A DNA stretch of 64,000 nucleotides from a virus. This document shows, piece by piece, positions 9,513 to 17,276 of this stretch. A program made the position numbers and the translations under genes. The notes under the pieces are model-generated. The model made no database searches. It was given only the letters and a program-made list of their open reading frames with translations, and was not told where the DNA came from. The stretch spans positions 1 through 64,000 of the IMG/VR virus record IMGVR_UViG_3300017440_000001, one strand, 5' to 3'. Positions within the stretch are counted from its first letter, which is position 1. Every line of letters starts with the position of its first letter.

Positions 9513-9693
9513 GTGGAAGGCTATCGTTGGAATGGCGGAAGTTCCCGTTTCTCCTGATACCCTTGTGGATTATAAGCTTCGTGATGGTTATGAAGATACG
9601 CAGCTTGCAAAGAATCTTGAATGGGATGCGGTTGATGATGAAGGAGACGATACCGACATCATCGCATACCGGATCGTTGAGGAAGGCAAGTGA
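9496..9693 (+). CDS. hypothetical protein; small W...DIIAYRI domain
   Basis: RBS GGAGATG. The domain recurs at the C-terminus of CDS 14810-15262. Confidence 0.55.
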   Translation: MSDWIEWKAIVGMAEVPVSPDTLVDYKLRDGYEDTQLAKNLEWDAVDDEGDDTDIIAYRIVEEGK

Positions 9694-10409
9694 TGGCGGA
9701 TATCAAGGCTGAGTATATCGACCATATGGGCAGTGATTTGCGAGTGGCTGACTCTGCTAGGGTCAGTTTTAGCAAGAAGTCTGAATGGGAATGGTATTAT
9801 GATACAGAACAAGGTGAGCAGTTTAAGCGCCTCAAGGAATCTGACGCCAAAATCATTCGCTTTCTTGCTCGCGAGCGTCATGAGATCCCGTTCGCCCATT
9901 GTCAAGTGACGTTGCGCGTTAAGGCCCCTGTCCCGATCGCGCGGCAGGCTTTCAAGTCGAAGGTCGGTTTTGTAGAGTCTGAGGAGTCGCGGCGCTATAT
10001 CAAGACGACGCCTGAGATTTACGTGCCGGATGAATTTCGAGCGGCTCCGGTTGGGTCGATTAAGCAGGGAAGTGGAGAGGTTCATCCATCTAGTAAACAT
10101 TGGATGTGTCGTTACCTTTCTAAAACGCGAGAAGCTATTGAAGAATACGAGGATATGATCGCGCATGGCATTTGTCCCGAGCAAGCCCGTTTCATCCTGC
10201 CGCAGGGAGCTATGGTCAACTGGATCTGGACAGGCTCTCTCCTGGCCTATGCGCGTTTCTACAAGCTTAGGGTTGATGGCCACGCGCAGAAGGAGATCCA
10301 GGAATTGGCGGGGCAGATTGATAAGATCGTGAGGCCGTTGTTTCCAGTTTCGTGGAGTGCGCTCGTTGGCGAAACAAATAGTGAAGTAGTGGCCGAAGAA
10401 ACAGATTGA
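9693..10409 (+). CDS. thyX: ThyX-like flavin-dependent thymidylate synthase homolog with a divergent signature motif
   Basis: HEIPFAHCQVTLRV..PIARQ and ARFILPQGAMVNWIWTGSLLAYARFYKLR...AQKEIQ match the ThyX core. The RHR of the ThyX motif is replaced by KSK. Confidence 0.7.
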   Translation: MADIKAEYIDHMGSDLRVADSARVSFSKKSEWEWYYDTEQGEQFKRLKESDAKIIRFLARERHEIPFAHCQVTLRVKAPVPIARQAFKSKVGFVESEESRRYIKTTPEIYVPDEFRAAPVGSIKQGSGEVHPSSKHWMCRYLSKTREAIEEYEDMIAHGICPEQARFILPQGAMVNWIWTGSLLAYARFYKLRVDGHAQKEIQELAGQIDKIVRPLFPVSWSALVGETNSEVVAEETD

Positions 10410-10434
10410 CTTTCCAAGCCAAATCGTGTATTAT
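10406..10434 (+). promoter_or_regulatory. sigma70-like promoter TTGACT-N17-TATTAT
   Basis: The -35 contains the thyX stop TGA 10407-10409. Exact 17-nt spacer. Confidence 0.65.
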
Positions 10435-10468
10435 CTAAGGTTCTGCACTCAATAAAAGATGCTTTCGG

Positions 10469-10496
10469 GCGGGGCTTTAGCTCCGCTTTTTCTTTC
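10469..10496 (+). terminator. promoter-proximal hairpin plus U-tract (terminator/attenuator) in the RNR leader
   Basis: GCGGGGC-TTTA-GCTCCGC (7 bp including one G-U) followed by TTTTTCTTTC. About 30 nt after the predicted start site and about 30 nt before ATG 10524. Confidence 0.55.
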
Positions 10497-10523
10497 ATAA
10501 TCATATCAATGGGATAAGACTAC

Positions 10524-12455
10524 ATGCGAAATTCTGAGCCGTTCCACTCCGATTACGAACGATTCATCTACACCAGCCGTTACGCCCGCTGGATCGAAGA
10601 GGAGGGCCGGCGCGAGAACCTGAATGAGACCGTCAGCCGTTATGTCGGCTTCATGGAAAAGCATCTCAAGGCCAATCACGACTATTCCATTGATTCCGGC
10701 ACGCGCGAGGAACTGTTCAACGCGATTTATAATTTCGAGGTCGTGCCTTCGATGCGGGCGCTCATGACGGCTGGCCCTGCGCTTCAGCGTGACAATGTTG
10801 CGGGCTTCAATTGCTCATATCTCCCCGTCGATGATCCGAAGTCGTTTGATGAAGCGATGTATATCCTGCTTTGCGGGACGGGCGTTGGCTTCTCTGTCGA
10901 GCGCCAGTACGTGCAGAAGCTTCCTGAGGTTCCCGATACCCTCTATGCGAGCGACACGAAGATCGTAGCAGCCGATTCAAAGGCTGGTTGGGCCAAGAGT
11001 TATCGCCAGCTTCTCGCGCTCCTGTGGAGCGGTGAGATTCCGAAGTGGGACTTTTCAAAGATCCGTCCCGCTGGCGCGCGGCTCAAGACATTTGGCGGGC
11101 GCGCGTCTGGTCCTGGTCCGCTGGAAGAGCTTTTCAAGTTCACGATCGCGATCTTCAAGAAGGCGGCAGGGCGCAAGCTGACTTCGATCGAATGCCATGA
11201 TCTCATGTGTCAAATCGGCCACGTCGTCGTTTCAGGTGGTGTTCGTCGCTCAGCGATGATCAGCCTTTCAAATCTTACGGACGACCGTATGCGTCACGCC
11301 AAGGCGGGCGCATGGTGGGAGACAGCAGGACAGCGAGCGCTTGCCAATAACTCTGTCGCCTACACAGAGAAGCCTGACGTTGGGGCCTTCCTGCGCGAAT
11401 GGTCGTCGCTCTATGAATCGAAGTCGGGCGAGCGCGGCATCTTTAATCGTCAGGCAAGCGAGAAGCAGGCGGCAAAGAATGGTCGTCGCGAACTAGGGCA
11501 TGAATGGGGAACCAACCCTTGTTCGGAGATCATCTTGCGGCCTTACCAGTTTTGTAATCTTTCTGAGGTCGTTGTCCGATCGGAAGACACGTTCGAAGAC
11601 CTTGCGCGCAAGGTGCGCGTTGCAGCCATCCTTGGCACGTTTCAAAGCACCCTTACCAACTTCCCATATCTTCGCAAGATTTGGCAGAAGAACACGGAAG
11701 AGGAGCGGCTGCTTGGTGTATCGTTGACCGGCATCATGGACTCAATCCTGATGAACGGCAAAGAAGAAGGTCTTGCAGAACGTCTAGAACTTCTTCGCCA
11801 GATTGCGGTTGATACCAATGCTGAGTTTGCGGATAGCATCGGCATTCAGCGCTCCACGGCAGTCACTGCCGTGAAGCCGTCTGGTACGGTCTCTCAGCTT
11901 GTCAATTCAGCCTCTGGTATTCATGCTCGACACTCCGATTATTATATCCGGTCCGTTCGCGGAGCTAATACTGATCCACTGACGAAGTTCTTGAAGGAGT
12001 CTGGTATTCCGAGTGAGCCGGACGTGATGAATCCCGAACGGACAACGGTATTCTTTTTCCCGGTCAAGGCTCCAGAGGGTAGCATTACCCGGAGCGAGAT
12101 GACGGCCATCAGTCAGCTTGAGCTTTGGAAGCTCTATCAGGAGCACTGGTGCGAACACAAGCCATCTGTGACTGTAACAGTTCGTGAAGAGGAATGGCCT
12201 GCCGTTGGTGGCTGGGTCTATGATAACTTCGATGCGGTCTCTGGTGTTTCATTCCTCCCGCATTCGGAGCACAGCTACAAACAGCCGCCCTATGGGGATT
12301 GCACGAAGGAGGAATACGAAGCAGCGCTTGCCAAGATGCCGGCGCGGATCGATTGGGACGCCTTGAAGCTTTATGAGCTTGAAGATGGTACGAAGGGCTC
12401 GCAGACGCTAGCGTGTAGCGCTGAGGGATGTGAAGACGTGGATATCGCCGCCTAA
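10524..12455 (+). CDS. nrdJ: class II (adenosylcobalamin-dependent) ribonucleotide reductase
   Basis: Active-site block TNPCSEI...YQFCNLSEV. C-terminal Cys pair CSAEGC. Monomeric-type length. A redoxin gene lies downstream. Confidence 0.8.
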   Translation: MRNSEPFHSDYERFIYTSRYARWIEEEGRRENLNETVSRYVGFMEKHLKANHDYSIDSGTREELFNAIYNFEVVPSMRALMTAGPALQRDNVAGFNCSYLPVDDPKSFDEAMYILLCGTGVGFSVERQYVQKLPEVPDTLYASDTKIVAADSKAGWAKSYRQLLALLWSGEIPKWDFSKIRPAGARLKTFGGRASGPGPLEELFKFTIAIFKKAAGRKLTSIECHDLMCQIGHVVVSGGVRRSAMISLSNLTDDRMRHAKAGAWWETAGQRALANNSVAYTEKPDVGAFLREWSSLYESKSGERGIFNRQASEKQAAKNGRRELGHEWGTNPCSEIILRPYQFCNLSEVVVRSEDTFEDLARKVRVAAILGTFQSTLTNFPYLRKIWQKNTEEERLLGVSLTGIMDSILMNGKEEGLAERLELLRQIAVDTNAEFADSIGIQRSTAVTAVKPSGTVSQLVNSASGIHARHSDYYIRSVRGANTDPLTKFLKESGIPSEPDVMNPERTTVFFFPVKAPEGSITRSEMTAISQLELWKLYQEHWCEHKPSVTVTVREEEWPAVGGWVYDNFDAVSGVSFLPHSEHSYKQPPYGDCTKEEYEAALAKMPARIDWDALKLYELEDGTKGSQTLACSAEGCEDVDIAA

Positions 12456-12468
12456 AGGAGAAGTGCCA

Positions 12469-12714
12469 ATGAAGTATGTCGTCTATGGCTTTGCCGCTTG
12501 CCAGTATTGCAAGGAAGCTCAGCGCCTTCTATCTGAGCGTTGGCTTCCTTTCGATGCCGTCTATATCGAGAGCCGTGAGGAGCGGCAGAAGTGGCTAGAC
12601 GATCGGGGTCTTGAGCCGCCGAACCGCCTTTGGCCTCGCATCGTGCGCGTCAACGACGACGGCAGCGAAGACATGGTCGGCGGCTATACGGATCTTGCGA
12701 AACTTATCGCTTGA
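12469..12714 (+). CDS. glutaredoxin/NrdH-like redoxin
   Basis: RBS AAAGGAG. CQYC active site near the N-terminus. C-terminal GGYTDL as in glutaredoxins. Confidence 0.75.
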   Translation: MKYVVYGFAACQYCKEAQRLLSERWLPFDAVYIESREERQKWLDDRGLEPPNRLWPRIVRVNDDGSEDMVGGYTDLAKLIA

Positions 12715-12739
12715 CAAAGATGAATAGTTAAGGTATGAA
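12711..12739 (+). promoter_or_regulatory. sigma70-like promoter TTGACA-N17-TATGAA
   Basis: The -35 contains the redoxin stop TGA 12712-12714. Confidence 0.55.
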
Positions 12740-12741
12740 AA

Positions 12742-12776
12742 GGCTCGCTGTCGCAGGATGGCGGGTCTTTTTGTTT
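12742..12776 (+). terminator. weak promoter-proximal hairpin plus U-tract
   Basis: GGCTCGC/GCGGGTC stem with two G-U pairs, followed by TTTTTGTTT. Confidence 0.3.
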
Positions 12777-12789
12777 ATGGAGAATGTAT

Positions 12790-13095
12790 ATGGCTACACC
12801 TAAATTTTATCCGAAAGGCTCAACTCTTCATGTTGAAGCAAAAGTTATGGAACGGAACATCGTCCAGATTGGAAAAGGACTTCTTGCGATGCAAGTTCCA
12901 ATTGAAAACGTAGAAATTATTGCAAGTTTTCCGCCTAAAATTGAGCTTGGGATGCGCGTAAAAAGCACTGTTCCTTTTTATGATAGTCTTACGTTTAAAG
13001 TCATTGGACTCGATGGCAACGAAGTTTGGCTAAAAGACGAAAAGAGTGGCTCACGGTTTTGGGCAAATAATAATCAGTGTCTAATTGTCGAATGA
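12790..13095 (+). CDS. hypothetical protein (AT-rich gene)
   Basis: ATG 12790 lies 7 nt after GGAGA. Confidence 0.55.
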   Translation: MATPKFYPKGSTLHVEAKVMERNIVQIGKGLLAMQVPIENVEIIASFPPKIELGMRVKSTVPFYDSLTFKVIGLDGNEVWLKDEKSGSRFWANNNQCLIVE

Positions 13096-13271
13096 CCGAC
13101 AACGCAGACGACTACAATCACGTACTCCAGCCGGTGAGTGGCATGACAACGCAATATATTCTGAAGAGCTACGATATCTTTGGCTATGAATACGATGCCA
13201 AGGTGACGCTGCCGATGATCACAGTTCTGGGGCCTGGGCCTCACCGCGTGAAGAGGAGTGATCATGCTTAG
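13092..13271 (+). CDS. hypothetical protein
   Basis: ATGA overlap at 13092. Confidence 0.5.
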   Translation: MTDNADDYNHVLQPVSGMTTQYILKSYDIFGYEYDAKVTLPMITVLGPGPHRVKRSDHA

Positions 13272-13338
13272 CGATCTCTTGCTCATTGCCATCGTTGGCA
13301 CGATGTTCATTTCTTATTTGGGGAGGCCGATGCGGTGA
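13264..13338 (+). CDS. 24-aa hydrophobic peptide
   Basis: MLSDLLLIAIVGTMFISYLGRPMR. Its stop overlaps the next GTG (GTGA). Confidence 0.3.
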   Translation: MLSDLLLIAIVGTMFISYLGRPMR

Positions 13339-13637
13339 AGTTTTCACATTTCGAACAAGAATTTGGCTGTAATCCAATTTTTAATTGGCACGTCTACCAA
13401 ATCGCGAAAAAGATGGAGGCCGTAGAGGAATACGGAAATCTGCATTGTGCTGTAGATGACGGTAATCTTACAGACGACGATTTGATGGATTATCTAGATA
13501 AACCTCTTTTGAAAGAAGAGGAGGACCTAGTAAAGGAACTGCTTGAGCGGTCTTACGCTGAACGGGCAACCGCTTATGCCCTTTATCAGGGAGATTATCT
13601 TTTGGATTACGAGAATCTAAAGCCGGGGTACGTGTAA
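13335..13637 (+). CDS. hypothetical acidic protein
   Basis: GTG start coupled to the upstream stop. Confidence 0.55.
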   Translation: MKFSHFEQEFGCNPIFNWHVYQIAKKMEAVEEYGNLHCAVDDGNLTDDDLMDYLDKPLLKEEEDLVKELLERSYAERATAYALYQGDYLLDYENLKPGYV

Positions 13638-14200
13638 TGATTCTTTCCGCGCAGACGATCCGCCAGCGCGTTGCTAGTGGTTCCCTTGGTATAGAGCCCT
13701 TCTGCGAACGATCGCGCGCTCACGGTATGTCCTACGGTCTCTCAGCTTGCGGTGTCGATCTCAGGCTCGGTAAGGGGCTTTGGCTGTTTCCGTTTTGGGG
13801 TCGTCTTGGCTTCGTGATGGAGCATATTCGAATGCCTCGCGATTTACGGGGCAAGATCGAGAACAAGAGCACGCTCGCACGCCGTTTTATCGACGCCAGC
13901 CGCACGACGAACGCCGAGCCTGGATGGCAAGGTTATCTGACAGTTGAGATCACACATGATCGGCCTTGGCCTATCTACCTTAAGAAAGGCACACCGATTG
14001 CTCAGATCGTGTTCGAAGAGTTGGATAGGCCGACTGACCAGCCTTATGGCGCTGGAGATAAGTACCAGAACCAGCCAGCTAAGGCCGTCAAGGCGATTGC
14101 AACGAGCGAAGCCCATGTCGCTCAGTTGACGCAGCAGCCGGCATGGACCAGCTTTACGAAGAGCCAGTTGCGCCAGTGCGCGAATAGGGAGACGGATTGA
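13637..14200 (+). CDS. dcd: dCTP deaminase family (dUTPase superfamily)
   Basis: MILSAQTI, GVDLRLG, KSTLARRFI, AEPGWQGYLTVEI and GTPIAQIVF match dCTP deaminase blocks. Confidence 0.8.
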   Translation: MILSAQTIRQRVASGSLGIEPFCERSRAHGMSYGLSACGVDLRLGKGLWLFPFWGRLGFVMEHIRMPRDLRGKIENKSTLARRFIDASRTTNAEPGWQGYLTVEITHDRPWPIYLKKGTPIAQIVFEELDRPTDQPYGAGDKYQNQPAKAVKAIATSEAHVAQLTQQPAWTSFTKSQLRQCANRETD

Positions 14201-14523
14201 TGACGTATAGAATGTTCCTAGATGATGAGCGCGATCCACCCGAAGACGGGCAGGATTGGCTGGTGTTTCGGTCATCGAGCCACGCAATCGGGTTCATGAT
14301 GATTCACGGGCTGCCTGATTTTATCAGTTTCGATCATGATCTTGGCGGACTAGATACGGCAATGGTTGTCGTGAATTAGCTTATTAGAGATAAGCTTGTA
14401 AAGGAGAATAAGAAACGGTCGTTTAGCTTCTACGTTCACTCTCAAAACCCTATTGGAAAGAAGAATATCGAAGGCGCGTGGAAGTCATTCGATAAATTTG
14501 CGGAAGAGAACGGCTATGAATGA
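14200..14523 (+). pseudogene. receiver-like domain protein (cyclic-phosphate-processing receiver / cREC-like family) interrupted by in-frame TAG
   Basis: MFLDDERDPP...WLVFRS...ISFDHDLG then TAG at 14377-14379. The same frame continues LIRDKLV...FYVHSQNPIGKKNIEGA to TGA 14523. The TAG sits where homologs have Trp (TGG). Confidence 0.6.
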
Positions 14524-14638
14524 TAACTTCATGCTCTACGGCTGGATGCTGATCGTTGGCGTCATGGTCGTCTTGACGTGTATCGGCATCTGGCTGAACT
14601 ACTATCTCGGGGATGAGGACGATGATTGGGATGACTAA
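14516..14638 (+). CDS. 40-aa membrane peptide
   Basis: MNDNFMLYGWMLIVGVMVVLTCIGIWLNYYLGDEDDDWDD, one TM segment. Start overlaps the upstream end. Confidence 0.45.
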   Translation: MNDNFMLYGWMLIVGVMVVLTCIGIWLNYYLGDEDDDWDD

Positions 14639-14813
14639 GCTCCACTCGTTCGATCCCATGACATTCTACTGCGTCGATTGCGGTAAGGGCCAAGATTGGA
14701 TCGTCGCCAATCGCGAGTGGAGGGCTTGTCATGGCGGCGGCAAGGTGGTAGGGATTAGTCACTTGGTGCGCGACGCTGGGCTGCGGCGGGTTTGTGAGGA
14801 GATTTTGAAGTGA
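14631..14813 (+). CDS. hypothetical protein with CxxC
   Basis: ATGA-type overlap. Contains FYCVDCG...ACHGG. Confidence 0.5.
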   Translation: MTKLHSFDPMTFYCVDCGKGQDWIVANREWRACHGGGKVVGISHLVRDAGLRRVCEEILK

Positions 14814-15262
14814 GCGATTCTAAGTACACGATTGAGCGCGAATACAAGGTCTATGACGACGTGAACGGCGCTAAGCTGGTCGTCAAGCCTGATGGCGATG
14901 GTCTTGGTCTTATCGAGATTGATGGCGGCGATGATTACGGACGGCTTGTGCTCTCGTCCGAGTTGGCGGGTATCGTGGCGCACGCTATCTTGCATTGCGT
15001 CGAAGATATGGAATTCCTTCAGAAGAAGGTTGAAGCAAAGCTAAAGAAGGAAGAAGCGCCTACTGCAAATGAAGAAGAATGGATCGCTCATGACGGCAAG
15101 GGAATGCCGGTAGATGAGTATACTTGCGTGGCTACGAAATTTCGCAGCGGAAGAAAAGATTTGAGGGCAACCGCTAAGTTTTGGAACGAAGGAAACGAGA
15201 GTTGGTGGATTCATAAAAACTCTGAAAACGACATCATCGCTTATAAGATTCTCGATCAATGA
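14810..15262 (+). CDS. hypothetical protein; C-terminal W...DIIAYKI domain
   Basis: GTGA overlap. C-terminal EEWIAHDGKGMPV...WW...NDIIAYKIL is paralogous to CDS 9496-9693. Confidence 0.6.
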   Translation: MSDSKYTIEREYKVYDDVNGAKLVVKPDGDGLGLIEIDGGDDYGRLVLSSELAGIVAHAILHCVEDMEFLQKKVEAKLKKEEAPTANEEEWIAHDGKGMPVDEYTCVATKFRSGRKDLRATAKFWNEGNESWWIHKNSENDIIAYKILDQ

Positions 15263-15417
15263 TCGCCAACTTTGAAGCAGGTTTTGACGCATATTTTCTA
15301 GGTGACGACACGATGAAGGTTTATGGTGAGATGGCCGTTCTGCCGTGGTGGCTGAATGGTTGGGATCTGGCGGTTGAGCTTGATGCTTGGATGAGAGAGG
15401 AACTTTTCAATGTATAA
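15259..15417 (+). CDS. 52-aa hypothetical protein (below cutoff)
   Basis: ATGA overlap. Translation MIANFEAGFDAYFLGDD...LPWWLNGWDLAVEL. Confidence 0.45.
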   Translation: MIANFEAGFDAYFLGDDTMKVYGEMAVLPWWLNGWDLAVELDAWMREELFNV

Positions 15418-15493
15418 TTTCCGCAACGCAATGGCTCTGAACTTCTTGCTTTGGGTGGCAATTGGGGTTGTTCTATGGATGGTTTTAACATGA
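15410..15493 (+). CDS. 27-aa membrane peptide
   Basis: MYNFRNAMALNFLLWVAIGVVLWMVLT. Overlaps neighbours at both ends. Confidence 0.35.
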   Translation: MYNFRNAMALNFLLWVAIGVVLWMVLT

Positions 15494-15606
15494 TTAAAAC
15501 GGCGCTTCTCATCGCGGCAGCAATGTTCTTTGGACCAATCATTATAGCTCTTGGAGCGTTTTGGACAGTGTTTCTTCTCGATATGACTATGGGATGGCTT
15601 ATGTGA
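15490..15606 (+). CDS. 38-aa membrane peptide
   Basis: MIKTALLIAAAMFFGPIIIALGAFWTVFLLDMTMGWLM. ATGA overlap. Confidence 0.4.
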   Translation: MIKTALLIAAAMFFGPIIIALGAFWTVFLLDMTMGWLM

Positions 15607-15818
15607 GGATCATCATTGACCACGAGCCCGGCACAGATCATGTATGGGCGCTGAAAGCGGCGCTTGCGGCGATCGAGGAGTATGGCAAGCCTACGGACGG
15701 CGTGCTGGCGAAAGGACGGCCCTTCAACGTGATCGAATATACGCTGATGGGTGGTGACAAGCTAGCGTTCGCTGTGGTATGGAACAAGGATTCGGTTAGG
15801 GTTTGGAGGCAGGGATGA
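15594..15818 (+). CDS. hypothetical protein
   Basis: In-frame ATG 15594 (or GTG 15603) within ORF 15561-15818. Confidence 0.5.
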   Translation: MAYVRIIIDHEPGTDHVWALKAALAAIEEYGKPTDGVLAKGRPFNVIEYTLMGGDKLAFAVVWNKDSVRVWRQG

Positions 15819-16054
15819 AAACGCGATGGATGGTTCAATACAATTTAGCAGGTTTACAAAAGCCTAGGAAGATGGTTAAGCGAGAAGGCGATTGTGGAAG
15901 TTTTGTTGATCGTTCAGGCGAGTTCGTTGATAAAACGGCAGAGAATAGAGAAGGTCTTTTTCTTGTACGTCGATTCTTTGATTCTTTGGAAGAAGCTAAC
16001 TACTTCTACAATGAATTGAATCTGTATCGCACTTTTATTAAGAAACACATATGA
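15815..16054 (+). CDS. hypothetical protein
   Basis: ATGA overlap. AT-rich. Confidence 0.5.
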   Translation: MKTRWMVQYNLAGLQKPRKMVKREGDCGSFVDRSGEFVDKTAENREGLFLVRRFFDSLEEANYFYNELNLYRTFIKKHI

Positions 16055-16284
16055 ATTTATATCTAAGAATGAAACTATATTTGCAAAGAAAGGGCGTCAT
16101 GAAAAAGCCGTTGGAGATTAAAGCATTCATTGGTAAGAATGAATCGATGGAGGTTCGATTTAATACGCAGACGGGGTGGGCGATGATCAGTGAGCCTTGG
16201 AACAACAAGAATTTTGTTCTGAGCGATGAAGAAGTTTTAAAGCTATACGAATTTTTGACTCAGGCTCTTTATCAGAAGGATTAA
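16051..16284 (+). CDS. hypothetical protein
   Basis: ATG overlaps the upstream stop. Alternative start at 16099 after AAGGG. Confidence 0.5.
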   Translation: MNLYLRMKLYLQRKGVMKKPLEIKAFIGKNESMEVRFNTQTGWAMISEPWNNKNFVLSDEEVLKLYEFLTQALYQKD

Positions 16285-16287
16285 GAA

Positions 16288-16539
16288 ATGACTATTTGGT
16301 GTAAGGGTGAATCGGCTCCGAAGGATCGGGCGATCCTTGTCTACGGAACACCGGAAGGAGAATATGGGTCGTCACAGCAGAATACGGCGTTTTGGCCGCT
16401 TGGCGTCTACCTAGCGCAATATGATGATTGCGATGATGCTTTTTGTCTCAAGGGCGGGGGATGGCTAGGACCGTTTATCAAGCCAATTGCTTGGGCGGAA
16501 GAGCCAGAAGGTCCGAAACGACTAATCGAATTGGTTTGA
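16288..16539 (+). CDS. hypothetical protein
   Basis: ATG lies 3 nt after the upstream stop. Confidence 0.55.
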   Translation: MTIWCKGESAPKDRAILVYGTPEGEYGSSQQNTAFWPLGVYLAQYDDCDDAFCLKGGGWLGPFIKPIAWAEEPEGPKRLIELV

Positions 16540-16541
16540 AG

Positions 16542-16925
16542 ATGACTCGGATTAATGTCGTTCCCGCTAAGGAGTTATCTCGGCAGCATCTTGTCGCTGA
16601 GTACCGAGAGATCGGACGAATCTACAAGCTTGTTCGAAAGGCGGTAGAACGAGGCGAAGACTCGTTGGATAAGCAGAATCCGGGGAGTTACACGCTCGGG
16701 ACTGGCCATGTCCGATTCTTCTATCCTCGGCTTCAGTTCATTCGCTGGCGGCAAATCGAGCTTTACAACGAGATGCGTGAGCGCGGCTATAAGCCGTCGT
16801 TCAAACCGCCGTCTGTTCTGGATATCATCGGCTGGACTGGCATTGACGAAAGTTGGTATCAGGATTACGTGCCGACGCCTGAGGCGATTGAGATCAATCG
16901 GGCACGGATTATGGAGAGGAGTTAA
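16542..16925 (+). CDS. denV: pyrimidine-dimer DNA glycosylase (T4 endonuclease V homolog)
   Basis: MTRINVVPAKELSRQHLVAEYREI...LGTGHVRFFY..L.F...RQIEL closely tracks the T4 DenV N-terminus, including the catalytic N-terminal Thr and the Glu of AEYRE. Confidence 0.85.
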   Translation: MTRINVVPAKELSRQHLVAEYREIGRIYKLVRKAVERGEDSLDKQNPGSYTLGTGHVRFFYPRLQFIRWRQIELYNEMRERGYKPSFKPPSVLDIIGWTGIDESWYQDYVPTPEAIEINRARIMERS

Positions 16926-16927
16926 TC

Positions 16928-17017
16928 ATGAACGACCAAGACGAAGCCTCTTACACTCTGGCCATGATCTTGATTGGCTTGCCGCTGTTGCTGCTCGCAT
17001 TTGGGATCTTTGGTTGA
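16928..17017 (+). CDS. 29-aa membrane peptide
   Basis: MNDQDEASYTLAMILIGLPLLLLAFGIFG. Confidence 0.35.
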   Translation: MNDQDEASYTLAMILIGLPLLLLAFGIFG

Positions 17018-17066
17018 CAAACGTCGGAAATTGGTGTATGGTGCGGGATTGGCGAGAGGAGAGGTT

Positions 17067-17276
17067 ATGAAGCCTATTGCAGCGACTTATAGAAAAAATA
17101 GCGGAAACAGAGAAGAAGAAGGTGCGGTTCTCCAATTCATAAATACGAAGACTGATCTTACTTTTGAAAAGGTTATGGTCGTTTTTATGACTAAGCGTGG
17201 TCATCTTCTGATCGTGCATCCTAGCGAAATCACGATTATGTTTCCGCAGGGCATTATTAGTGGGGTCGATCTTTAA
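17067..17276 (+). CDS. hypothetical protein
   Basis: RBS GGAGAGG precedes ATG 17067. Confidence 0.55.
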   Translation: MKPIAATYRKNSGNREEEGAVLQFINTKTDLTFEKVMVVFMTKRGHLLIVHPSEITIMFPQGIISGVDL

